A stretch of DNA of 64,000 nt. Origin: Deltaproteobacteria bacterium (GTDB lineage Bacteria > Desulfobacterota_D > UBA1144 > Nemesobacterales > CSP1-2). The stretch spans positions 128,001 to 192,000 of the forward strand of contig JBQTHB010000006.1 in the NCBI GenBank assembly GCA_052390235.1, given 5' to 3'. Position numbers and translations under genes: made by a program. The notes under the pieces are model-generated. The model made no database searches, was not told where the DNA came from, and saw only the letters and a program-made list of their open reading frames with translations. Positions within the stretch are counted from its first letter, which is position 1; each line of letters begins with the position of its first letter. Below, in pieces: positions 50,150 to 59,125 of this stretch.

Positions 50150-50563
50150 TCAGAGCTCTTTTCCCGACGTGGTCTTGGAGAGTTGTCCGTGCTTGACGCC
50201 TTTGATGCCGATGAGTTTGTCGGCAAATTTTTTGATTTCCGAGCTTCTCCCGCGGACAACTATGGCTTCGAGGCAGTTGTCGTGGTCGAGGTGGACGTGC
50301 AGGGCGGAGTTTATCATGGAGCTGTGGTCGTGCTGAAGGTCGGCGAGTTTGTCCATGAGTTCGCGGATGTGATGGTCATAGACTATCGTGATGACGCCTA
50401 CGGTCTCCTCGTCGCTTTCCCACTCGCTTTGGGTGATGAAATTGCGTATCAAGTCGCGTATGGCTTCGGAGCGGTTGACATAGCCCCTCCCCTCGATGAG
50501 CCTATCAAACCTCTCGACGAGATCCGAGCTGATTGACACCCCCAGCCTTAGCAATTCTGCCAT
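50150..50563 (-). CDS. nikR: Nickel-responsive regulator
   Basis: RHH domain RLGVSI...NRSEAIRDLIR; Ni site QH...HVHLDHDNCLE. Confidence 0.97.
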   Translation of the reverse strand: MAELLRLGVSISSDLVERFDRLIEGRGYVNRSEAIRDLIRNFITQSEWESDEETVGVITIVYDHHIRELMDKLADLQHDHSSMINSALHVHLDHDNCLEAIVVRGRSSEIKKFADKLIGIKGVKHGQLSKTTSGKEL

Positions 50564-50651
50564 AGAAACACCTTCTTAAACGTGGATTTTTACGAGACCT
50601 ATTATAGACTGAATTGGGCGGAGGCTCAATATGCCTATCAGTAAAGAGGGG

Positions 50652-52124
50652 TTAGAATTTTATCTGAATCACCCCTCCGCTCACGAGAGACTCGACGGCA
50701 ATGATAACCCCAAGAGCGGTTATAACAAAGGACGAGGCAACGGGCAGTATGCGCGCCAATCTCCCCTCGGCGTTGAATCCGTCCATAAACCGCCTCGCAT
50801 AGATCATCATAAGCCCGATGCCTATCAGCGCAGCCGCAAGCCCGAAGCTAAAAACCACAATCAGCGCTAGCCCAAAACCTATTTTCTGAAGCGAAATCGC
50901 GCCCAGAAGCACCACAAGCGCCGACGGACACGGCACTATACCCCCGCTCACGCCAAGGGTAACGAGGCTCGTAAAATTGAGCTTTTCCGGTATTTCGTGG
51001 CTATGCCCGTGATGCTCACCGCCATCGCCGCCGTGTGTGTGCTGGTCGTCCCCATCATGAGAATGCCCGTGATGCTCGCCGCCCCTTTGGAGATTTGCAT
51101 ACCGCCTGAGCAGTAGAACAAACCCTATTACGGCAATCATCAGCCCCGACAGAAAGCCGAGCCAAGGGTAGAGCTTTTCAGGGAGAATGTACCTCGAGGC
51201 ATAGAGCGTTGCGACCCCTATAATAAAAACCCCCGCCGTGTGGGAGAGCGTTACAACCACTCCTAGCAGAAGGGCGTGAGCCGCCGTGCCGCGAGACCCA
51301 ATGAGGTATGCCGCCACCACGGTTTTGCCGTGTCCCGGCGAGAGGGCGTGAAAAGCGCCGAGGGCAAAAGCCGTAGCGAGCGAAGCCAAAATAACGCCGA
51401 AGGACAGTTCCCTACGGGAGATAAGCTCGGTAAAAGCGTCGCGCGGGGTATTATTAGCGCCCGGCGGCGGGGATTCTACCCGCGCCTGCGCATTGGAAGA
51501 ACCCGCCCCTCCAATGGCAAATGAAACCTCCGCGCTCACGTCCTGAGGGGGCGCGGCAATGGTATCCTCGGGATAGCTCGAAAGCCCCCGGCTAATGTCC
51601 TCAGACGGGGCGGAGGTTTCAACTATTGATACTCCTTGGGAGGCTAGGGCGATAATCTCTTTCCATCCGGCTCTGGTCGGGTAGTTGGCGTCGCTGTAGG
51701 AGAGGGTATTGACATCCCTCAGGCTGATTTGTTTGAATGAGGCGCGCAGCCGCGCCGTAATTTTAATTGTCGCAAGCCCTCCGGCTCCGGGGATAAATTC
51801 CATAGCCGAGGATTCGGTCTCAAGAGTCGCCGGCGCGCCGTTTAAATTCAGGGACAATCCCCTCTTTAATTCTTCAATCTTTGACGCCGCATAGAGCCTC
51901 TGCTCGTCTGGGGAGGGGTTTTTATCCCCGTCTGCGTCAATCGCGCTCATTTCCTGATAGGTCGGAATCTCAGCCATGTCTATTATGTACCCGATACTTG
52001 CGGCGTCCCTGCCAACCTCGATTCTCGCATAGTGATTTATGCTGAAATTTCCCATTGGATGGGCGAGCGCGGCGATAGGGGCGGCGATTAGGACGAGGAG
52101 CAATAAGCACAGAGATTTCATCAT
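50652..52124 (-). CDS. NicO/RcnA-like Ni/Co transporter with large exported N-terminal domain
   Basis: Signal peptide then HPMGNF; HALSPGHGK signature; His-rich loop; GIVPCPSA. Confidence 0.88.
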   Translation of the reverse strand: MMKSLCLLLLVLIAAPIAALAHPMGNFSINHYARIEVGRDAASIGYIIDMAEIPTYQEMSAIDADGDKNPSPDEQRLYAASKIEELKRGLSLNLNGAPATLETESSAMEFIPGAGGLATIKITARLRASFKQISLRDVNTLSYSDANYPTRAGWKEIIALASQGVSIVETSAPSEDISRGLSSYPEDTIAAPPQDVSAEVSFAIGGAGSSNAQARVESPPPGANNTPRDAFTELISRRELSFGVILASLATAFALGAFHALSPGHGKTVVAAYLIGSRGTAAHALLLGVVVTLSHTAGVFIIGVATLYASRYILPEKLYPWLGFLSGLMIAVIGFVLLLRRYANLQRGGEHHGHSHDGDDQHTHGGDGGEHHGHSHEIPEKLNFTSLVTLGVSGGIVPCPSALVVLLGAISLQKIGFGLALIVVFSFGLAAALIGIGLMMIYARRFMDGFNAEGRLARILPVASSFVITALGVIIAVESLVSGGVIQIKF

Positions 52125-52198
52125 ATATAACAGACTCCGAATCGAATTAGCTTATCTCGGTTCATCGGGGAATTTTTTAATTGGGCGCGTAGCCGGCA

Positions 52199-52795
52199 TT
52201 AATCCTCATTCGTTAAAATGCCGCGGAGTTTAATCATGCCAAAACGCATCCAGCTCTTTACCGTTCCTATCGGCTGATTCATTTCAATTGCAATTTCGCT
52301 TTGGCTGAGTCCGCGGAAATACGCCAAATTGAGCGCCTGTCTCTGACGCGGGTCGAGCCTTGAGAACGCGTCCTGAATCTTGCGGTAGCGCTCATCTCGA
52401 AGGGTGGAATCCTCGGCGCTTTCCGAGGTGTCGGGATACTCAATCTCAGCAGAATCCTCAAACTTCCTCCTCTGCGCGCCGGAGCGTATCCGGTCAATTG
52501 CCCTGCTTCGGGTAATCATCATTAGCCAAGCCAAGGGGGAACTGCGCCGCCAGTCGTATTGGCGGGCTTTAGTCCAAACCTGCATATAAACGTCAGCCGT
52601 AATTTCTTCGGCTTCGGCGGCATTGCCCAGTATGCGCAAAGCAACCCCATATACCAGCGGGCTCGTAATTTCGTAAAACGCCCTAAGGGCGCTCTCGCTG
52701 CCAGCGGCGATTTCAGAAACTAAGCGAGACAGATGCTCTTCTTTCATGGAAAATTTCGGAAATAGGTCTCCCGATGTGTTTTGCATCGCCTTCAT
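52199..52795 (-). CDS. ECF sigma-70 factor, SigK-like (start uncertain, 52747-52873)
   Basis: AEEITADVYMQVW, SRAIDRIR, YFRGLSQSEIA, GTVKSWMR. Confidence 0.93.
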   Translation of the reverse strand: MKAMQNTSGDLFPKFSMKEEHLSRLVSEIAAGSESALRAFYEITSPLVYGVALRILGNAAEAEEITADVYMQVWTKARQYDWRRSSPLAWLMMITRSRAIDRIRSGAQRRKFEDSAEIEYPDTSESAEDSTLRDERYRKIQDAFSRLDPRQRQALNLAYFRGLSQSEIAIEMNQPIGTVKSWMRFGMIKLRGILTNED

Positions 52796-52939
52796 CAGTT
52801 GAAAACAACCCCCACAGCAGAGTCCATGGGGAATAAGGCAAGCCGAAATGGCTATGAAAATCAAGTATATCACAGGAATATTAATGTTTGAAACGCGACC
52901 TTCGCCGTTTAACCGTTGCGAGATGACGCGATAAAACCT

Positions 52940-52969
52940 TAAACCGCAGGAGCGGATTCATCGTATATA
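52940..52969 (+). promoter_or_regulatory. Candidate ECF promoter of the anti-sigma gene
   Basis: TAAACC-16 nt-CGTATATA, 60 nt upstream of the ATG. Confidence 0.55.
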
Positions 52970-53029
52970 TGTTTATATAAAGCCCGGCGGAGGCGCTTAT
53001 GAACTGCGGGGCATTCTAGTGGTAAAATA

Positions 53030-53908
53030 ATGGGGAAGATGCAAAATCACGAGAGGTTCACCGAATTAGTCCCGCTTTACGCCCTCGGCGCTCTCGACGG
53101 AGACGACCTGAGGGATTTATGGGCGCACCTTAAAAACGGATGCCCTGCCTGCGAAAAGCTCCTTTGGGAATGCGAGGAAGCGGCGGCTCAGGGAATAGCC
53201 GGCTCTGCATCCTTGATAGCTCCGCCCGAAAGCCTGGGAGCGTCCATCGTGGGGAGAATCGGGGCTTCAGCAACGAGGCCTCTGCCCCAAGCGCCCCCCG
53301 CGTCGTCTCTCTGGGAGCGGCTTGGGCCGGCGCTATTCAAATTTGCGGCTGGCGCGGCGGCTTTCGGCTTTATCGTCTATTTTTACCTATCCACGCTCTC
53401 GCTGCGAGACGAGATTGAGGAGCAGAACGAGGAGATAGCGGCTCTCAAAGAGCGCCTCGGCGAGCAGACCGGAGGACAAGAGTCCCTAAAGAGTTCCCTC
53501 AGCAAAAAAGATGGGGAAATCGCCAAACTACGGGAGCAACTCTCGGCGCAGATTGAAACAACAAAATTTCTGTCGGGCTCTAAAGTCGTCGTGATTAACT
53601 TAACCGGCTCGCAGCCGAACTATAAATCGTCGGGCAAGGTGCTTTGGGACACGAAAACAAACGAAGCTCTATTCATAGGCTCAAGCCTGCCCAACATCCC
53701 GCCTGGCAAGACCTATCAACTCTGGGCCGTAACGGACAGCGCGGCGGTCAGCGTCGCCGTGTTTAAAGTGGACGTCAATGGGAATAATTCTATTAAATTT
53801 GAGTCAGTGTCAACGCCTGAGAGGGTTCAGAAATTCGCCGTGAGCCTCGAGCCGGAAGGCGGCGCCCCGAAACCCACGGGAGAGATTTATCTGGCGGGAA
53901 TGCTGTAG
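53030..53908 (+). CDS. RskA-type anti-sigma factor with ZAS-like site
   Basis: LYALGAL, HLKNGCPAC, TM helix, coiled coil, GKTYQLW and FAVSLEPEGGAPKPTG. Confidence 0.92.
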   Translation: MGKMQNHERFTELVPLYALGALDGDDLRDLWAHLKNGCPACEKLLWECEEAAAQGIAGSASLIAPPESLGASIVGRIGASATRPLPQAPPASSLWERLGPALFKFAAGAAAFGFIVYFYLSTLSLRDEIEEQNEEIAALKERLGEQTGGQESLKSSLSKKDGEIAKLREQLSAQIETTKFLSGSKVVVINLTGSQPNYKSSGKVLWDTKTNEALFIGSSLPNIPPGKTYQLWAVTDSAAVSVAVFKVDVNGNNSIKFESVSTPERVQKFAVSLEPEGGAPKPTGEIYLAGML

Positions 53909-54020
53909 AAACTCTGCCAAATTTCTGAGCTAAGCAGCGCGAACCCAACCCTCTTTCGTCGGCACTTGCCGCGAGCCAGTCGAATGCTCCAATCTCCCCC
54001 CCTCCCACATACCCCGAAAA

Positions 54021-55223
54021 TCAGTCGGCGGCGTGCCTGTCGTACGTCCTGAGGATGCCGTAAGTGGTGGTTCTCTCGGCGGGGATGCGCCCGATTTCCC
54101 TAGTGAGGCGGCGGAACTCCTCGGGCGGGAAATACTGCCCGTGGCTCGCTCCGGCGGCGCGCGAGATATGCTCCTCCATGAGAGTGCCTCCGAAATCGTT
54201 TGCCCCGGCAGTAAGAGAGAATTGGGCAAATTCGGGCCCCTGCTTTACCCACGAGACTTGAATATTGTTTATCCAGCCCCGAAGCATGAGCCTTGAGACC
54301 CCGTACATCTTAAGCTGGTCGAGGTCTGTGGGGCCGCCCATGACCTTACCCTTCGATTTTTTAAACAGCCGCGTGTTCCAAGGGATGAATCTGAGGGGAA
54401 CAAATTCCGTAATGCCTCCGGTTTCTTTTTGAATATCGCGCAGAATTGCGATGTGTTTCGCCCAGTGGTGGGGCTTGTCCACATGTCCGTACATTATGGT
54501 TGATGTGGTTCTCATTCCTGCTCTGTGGGCTTTTTTCACGATGCGTATCCAGTCCTCAGTTGCCATCTTGCGGGGGGCGATGATTTTCCTCACCTCTTCG
54601 TCCAAGACCTCAGCGGCTGTGCCTGGAAAGGTATTGTGTCCCGCATCTTTGAGCATCTGGATAAAATCCTCCTCGCTGATGCCGAGCGTATTAGCGCCGT
54701 AGTAAATCTCAAAGGGCGAGAAGCAGTGCGTGTGCATATCGGGGACTGCCCTTTTGACCGTTTTTACGATTTCCACATAGAACTTGCCGTCAATGTCCGG
54801 GTGCATTCCCCCCTGCATACAGACCTCGGTTGCCCCGTTTTCGCGGGCTTCGATGGTTTTCTGCGCGATTTCTTCCATCGTGAGGAAGTACGCCCTCTCA
54901 TCCCCTTCGGGAGCCATGAAGTTGCAAAAACCGCACCAGGTGTTGCAGATATTGGTGAAATTGATATTGCGGTTTATAACGTAGGTAATCACGTCGCCCA
55001 CGTCGCGCTTTCTGATTTCGTCGGCGGCAATCGAGAGAAGCGACATCTCGTCCCTATTCTCAATATAAAACAGATGCGAGCCTTCCTCGACCGACACCTC
55101 TTCTCCTCGGAGGGCTTTGTCAATAATTCTCCCCGTCGCGCCGTTTACCTTAGATATGAGGCGGTCTAAGCCAAGAGCGCGGTCCTCTTCAATTTTGAGC
55201 ATTATCTCTTTTAACTCTTCCAT
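54021..55223 (-). CDS. cofH: FO synthase subunit CofH (radical SAM)
   Basis: TYVINRNINFTNICNTWCGFC, PGTAAEVL, NIQVSWVK, GANDFGGTLMEE; overlaps cofG. Confidence 0.9.
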   Translation of the reverse strand: MEELKEIMLKIEEDRALGLDRLISKVNGATGRIIDKALRGEEVSVEEGSHLFYIENRDEMSLLSIAADEIRKRDVGDVITYVINRNINFTNICNTWCGFCNFMAPEGDERAYFLTMEEIAQKTIEARENGATEVCMQGGMHPDIDGKFYVEIVKTVKRAVPDMHTHCFSPFEIYYGANTLGISEEDFIQMLKDAGHNTFPGTAAEVLDEEVRKIIAPRKMATEDWIRIVKKAHRAGMRTTSTIMYGHVDKPHHWAKHIAILRDIQKETGGITEFVPLRFIPWNTRLFKKSKGKVMGGPTDLDQLKMYGVSRLMLRGWINNIQVSWVKQGPEFAQFSLTAGANDFGGTLMEEHISRAAGASHGQYFPPEEFRRLTREIGRIPAERTTTYGILRTYDRHAAD

Positions 55224-56488
55224 TTCGTGCTTCCTCCGTTGGTCATGACAAAACCCGTATCGTCAACAAAGTCCCCCACGCGCTCGAGAACATTTCGGCT
55301 TAGAAACTCCTCGCCGATGAACTCGGGATATACCGGCAGACGCTCCCTCAACCCGAAACCAAGCTCGGATACTACCTTTTCCATTCTTTCAAGCTGTGGC
55401 CATGGGCATTCGGGATTCACGTAGTCTATAGTGAGGGGAGACACCCCTCCCAGGTCATTGGCTCCGGCGAATATGAATACGGGATACGTTTTTAAATTCA
55501 AATTCGGCGGGATTTGTATATTCATCCCGCTGCCGAACATAATCCTAGCCACGGCGACCGTCTTTATCATATCGAATAGAGCGGCGGGCAGATGCCTGTG
55601 CATGAGAATCCCGTGCTTGGGATTAAAATTTTGAATTATTATTTCTTGAATATGCCCGTATTCCGCGGCAAGGCGTTTTATCTCAAGTAGCGAGCCGACC
55701 CTCTCGTCAACCGTCTCGCCGATTCCTACCAAGATGCCGGACGTCCATGGGATTCTAAGCTCTCCGGCAAATTCTGTGGTGCGGATTCTGAGCTTTGGCA
55801 CTTTGTCCGGGGAGCGGTAGTGGGCTTCTCCTTTTTTGAGGAGTCGCTCGCTGATGGTCTCAAGCATCAGCCCCTGGCTTGCGTTCCACTCCCGAAGGAG
55901 GGCGAGTTCTTCCCTTTTGGCGACGCCCATGTTGGTATGCGGGAAAATATTTTCATTGAGTCCAGCCTCGGACATCGCCGTGAGGTATTCGGCAGTGGAT
56001 TTGTAGCCGAGCCTGGCCAACGCCTCCCGATAGACGGGATATTTAAGCTCCGGCTTGTCGCCGGTTACGAACAGAAGCTCCGTACAGCCGAGAGCGACGG
56101 CGGCTCTGGTTTTCTCCATGACCTGCTCGGGGGTCATGAAAAGCTCGCCCTCGTGCGGCTCATATTTAAACGTGCAGTAGCCGCAGTGGTCTCTGCATAG
56201 GCGCGTAAGGGGGATGAACACGTTTTTCGAGTACGTGATGACGGGTTTGCCCGATTCTCTGATTTGCGAGGCGGCGGCAAGCAGGTACGCCAGCTCGTCC
56301 CTGCTAGTTTCGGCAAGAAACAGCGCGTCGTCCCCCTGGAGGGCTTCTCCGGCGACTGCTCCGTCCAATATATCCCTGAGCCGCGCAGACGCCTCCGCAG
56401 GGGCGGGACCGATACCCAGGGCTTGGAGCATCGAGCGAGCGCCCTCGGAATTAAATAATCTCTCCATCTCGTTATGCAGTAAACTCAT
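55211..56488 (-). CDS. cofG: FO synthase subunit CofG (radical SAM)
   Basis: ITYSKNVFIPLTRLCRDHCGYC, GLMLE, QIPPNL, GGVSPLT, RERLPVYPE. Confidence 0.93.
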   Translation of the reverse strand: MSLLHNEMERLFNSEGARSMLQALGIGPAPAEASARLRDILDGAVAGEALQGDDALFLAETSRDELAYLLAAASQIRESGKPVITYSKNVFIPLTRLCRDHCGYCTFKYEPHEGELFMTPEQVMEKTRAAVALGCTELLFVTGDKPELKYPVYREALARLGYKSTAEYLTAMSEAGLNENIFPHTNMGVAKREELALLREWNASQGLMLETISERLLKKGEAHYRSPDKVPKLRIRTTEFAGELRIPWTSGILVGIGETVDERVGSLLEIKRLAAEYGHIQEIIIQNFNPKHGILMHRHLPAALFDMIKTVAVARIMFGSGMNIQIPPNLNLKTYPVFIFAGANDLGGVSPLTIDYVNPECPWPQLERMEKVVSELGFGLRERLPVYPEFIGEEFLSRNVLERVGDFVDDTGFVMTNGGSTKWKS

Positions 56489-56679
56489 AGCCAAATTCCT
56501 CGTGAGGGGTTTAAACCTAGCGGGATTCAGTGTAAATGATTTTTATATTCTCACAAGTGAGCGGTTATTGTCAAGCTCCTCTCAAGGGGCGTGAAAAAAA
56601 GTGGGAGGGGGGATTATCACTCCCATCAATTTTGTTTTATGATATTTCAAATGCCGCGCGGCGTTGGGAGGGATTTGCC

Positions 56680-57417
56680 ATGAGCAAGGCGGAGTTGATA
56701 TTGCAGTATCTAAAAACCCTGATTTGGCCCATAGTGGTTCTGTTTATACTCCTCTCGTTCAGAGGGCAGATAGGAAATTTCCTCGGCGACGTAGAAGAAG
56801 CCGAGGTGTTCGGGGCGAAGCTCAAGGCTAAAGGGGCGAACATCAAAGAGCTTGAGAAAAAGGAAGAAGCCCTTAAACAAGCCCTCGACGAGCTGGGGCT
56901 TAGGTTCGGCGATATGGAGATATTAAACGCCTCCCTCTCGGCCGAGAATATGGATTTGGGTGAGAAGATACTGGCAGGAGGGAATTGCGCAGACACCGTC
57001 CCATCCCCGACAGTGTCCCCCGAAATTGCCGTAAGAGACCCCAAAGCGCTTGACGAAACGAACAAAAAGCTCACTAGGGACATTCAAAACAACTACGACC
57101 GCGCTCAGCAAATCGTGCGGGGAAGCAAATTCGAGCGCGCGCAGGAGCTTGAGGAGAGGGGATTCAACCAGATTGTCGAGGGGCAATTCGACGATGCCCT
57201 TGAGAGTTTCGAGCAGGCATGGGTGGCGTTCCCCACCTATCACAACGTTGACGAAATCAGGAAACTCCTGAGGCTAAACCTCGCGCGGCTTGGCAACGGC
57301 GAAACCGCAGAGCAAGCCCAAAGAGAGGTACTAGAAACGATATTAGCGAGATACTCCTGGGGCGTGCCGGAGCGGGCGGCAGGGCAGATGAAGGATAAAT
57401 TAAACCGCCTTCCCTAG
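56680..57417 (+). CDS. Hypothetical membrane-anchored coiled-coil / TPR-like protein
   Basis: SD GGGAGG before ATG 56680; LIWPIVVLFILL TM, heptad region, helical C-terminus. Confidence 0.65.
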   Translation: MSKAELILQYLKTLIWPIVVLFILLSFRGQIGNFLGDVEEAEVFGAKLKAKGANIKELEKKEEALKQALDELGLRFGDMEILNASLSAENMDLGEKILAGGNCADTVPSPTVSPEIAVRDPKALDETNKKLTRDIQNNYDRAQQIVRGSKFERAQELEERGFNQIVEGQFDDALESFEQAWVAFPTYHNVDEIRKLLRLNLARLGNGETAEQAQREVLETILARYSWGVPERAAGQMKDKLNRLP

Positions 57418-57503
57418 GGGTGGGCGCGGCGCCTCGTTTGCTTGACAATAGAGCCAGGAAAGGGTAATTTCTTGCCAATATTTTGTCCGAGGAATTCCCC
57501 CCC

Positions 57504-58736
57504 ATGAGCTATGTGAAAGGACTCAAGTGCAGAGAGTGCCAAAGCGAATACCCAAAATCTCCGATTCATGTCTGCGAGCTGTGTTTCGGTCCCCTCGAAG
57601 TGGACTATAACTACGAGGAGATAAAAAAAGTCCTCTCGCGCAAGACCATCGAGCAGAGAGACTACAACATCTGGCGCTATAAAGAGCTTCTGCCGATTGA
57701 CGGAGAGCCGACCGTAGGGAGCCACGTCGGGTTCACTCCGCTTCTCAGGGCGAATAACCTGGCGCGGGTGCTTGGGGTAAAAGAACTCTACATTAAAAAC
57801 GACGCCGTCTGCTTCCCCACGCTCTCGTTTAAAGACCGCGTCGTGTCGGTGGCGCTATCCAAGGCAAAAGAGTTTGGGTTTAAAACCGTAGCCTGTGCCT
57901 CTACCGGGAACCTCGCCAACGCGGTGTCGGCCCTTTCCTCCTATGGCAGGCTTGAGAGCTACATCTTCATCCCGCGAGACCTCGAACAGGCAAAAATCAT
58001 CGGCACTTCCATTTACGGAGCGACACTCATCGCAATCGAGGGCAGCTACGACGACGTGAATCGCCTCTGCAGCGAGGTCGCCGGAAAATTCGGCTGGGGG
58101 TTTGTCAACATAAACCTGCGCCCCTACTACGCCGAAGGCTCGAAGAGCTACGGCTTCGAGATAATGGAGCAGATGGGATGGCGCACTCCAAAACACATAG
58201 TCATCCCAATGGCAAGCGGCTCGCTCCTTACCAAGATTTGGAAATCAATTAAGGAATTCAATATGCTCGGATTGGTAGAGAAATCCGACGTGAAAATATA
58301 CGGAGCGCAGGCGACGGGTTGCTCCCCAATAGCGGCGGCCATAAAAAACGGATGGGAGACATTCAAACCCGTCAAGGCAAGCACCATCGCCAAATCCCTC
58401 GCCATAGGAAACCCCGCCGACGGATACTACGCCATTAGCGCGATGAGAGAGGGCGGCGGATTCTCCGACGACGCCTCGGATGAAGAAATAGTCGAAGGGA
58501 TGAAAATCCTAGCCGAAACCGAGGGGATATTTACCGAGACCGCGGGCGGCGTTACTGTAGCTGTAACGAAGAAACTCATTGACAATGGCGTCCTTCCAAG
58601 AGATGAGTCAATAGTCGTGTGCATCACCGGAAACGGGCTTAAAACCCAAGACCCGCTCGTCGAGAAGGTGTCGAAACCGCACATCATCGGCGGGAAATTA
58701 GAAGAATTTGAAGAGCTTTACGCGAGAATCAAATAG
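57504..58736 (+). CDS. Threonine synthase-like PLP enzyme (ThrC or MetM-like)
   Basis: N-terminal CREC...CELC zinc ribbon, PTLSFKDR PLP lysine, ASTGN, TGNGLK. Confidence 0.9.
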   Translation: MSYVKGLKCRECQSEYPKSPIHVCELCFGPLEVDYNYEEIKKVLSRKTIEQRDYNIWRYKELLPIDGEPTVGSHVGFTPLLRANNLARVLGVKELYIKNDAVCFPTLSFKDRVVSVALSKAKEFGFKTVACASTGNLANAVSALSSYGRLESYIFIPRDLEQAKIIGTSIYGATLIAIEGSYDDVNRLCSEVAGKFGWGFVNINLRPYYAEGSKSYGFEIMEQMGWRTPKHIVIPMASGSLLTKIWKSIKEFNMLGLVEKSDVKIYGAQATGCSPIAAAIKNGWETFKPVKASTIAKSLAIGNPADGYYAISAMREGGGFSDDASDEEIVEGMKILAETEGIFTETAGGVTVAVTKKLIDNGVLPRDESIVVCITGNGLKTQDPLVEKVSKPHIIGGKLEEFEELYARIK

Positions 58737-58754
58737 TTAAGGAGGTAATAGAGA

Positions 58755-59039
58755 ATGCCCTCTGTGCGAATTCCCACTCCGCTGAGGAGACTTACCGGAG
58801 ATAGAGACGAAGTGAACATAAGCGCCGCAAATATTGCCGAGCTTATCGTAGAACTCGAAAAGCAGTTCCCCGGAATAAAAGACAGAATCTGCGACGACAA
58901 AGGAGCCGTGAGGAGATTTATAAATCTCTATGTCAACAACGAGGACATCCGATTCCTGAGCGGATTAGATACCGCCCTAGCCGACAGAGATATAGTATCA
59001 ATTATCCCAGCAATTGCTGGCGGCGGGGTTTGCGTATAA
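58755..59039 (+). CDS. MoaD/ThiS/CysO-type ubiquitin-like sulfur carrier with C-terminal extension
   Basis: VRIPTPLR, RFINLYVNNEDIRF, ends IPAIAGGGVCV. Confidence 0.92.
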   Translation: MPSVRIPTPLRRLTGDRDEVNISAANIAELIVELEKQFPGIKDRICDDKGAVRRFINLYVNNEDIRFLSGLDTALADRDIVSIIPAIAGGGVCV

Positions 59040-59125
59040 ATCAAATTTAAAACCGATTGAGAGATGGGGGGGGATGGGAGCGGCGCTCCCCTGCCCATCC
59101 GCTGAAATTTTTAAGGGACTGCGCC

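Noticed and set aside
52125..52175. Third ECF promoter upstream of the NicO-like gene (TGAACC...)
   Set aside because: No CGTA-type -10 at 16-17 nt spacing
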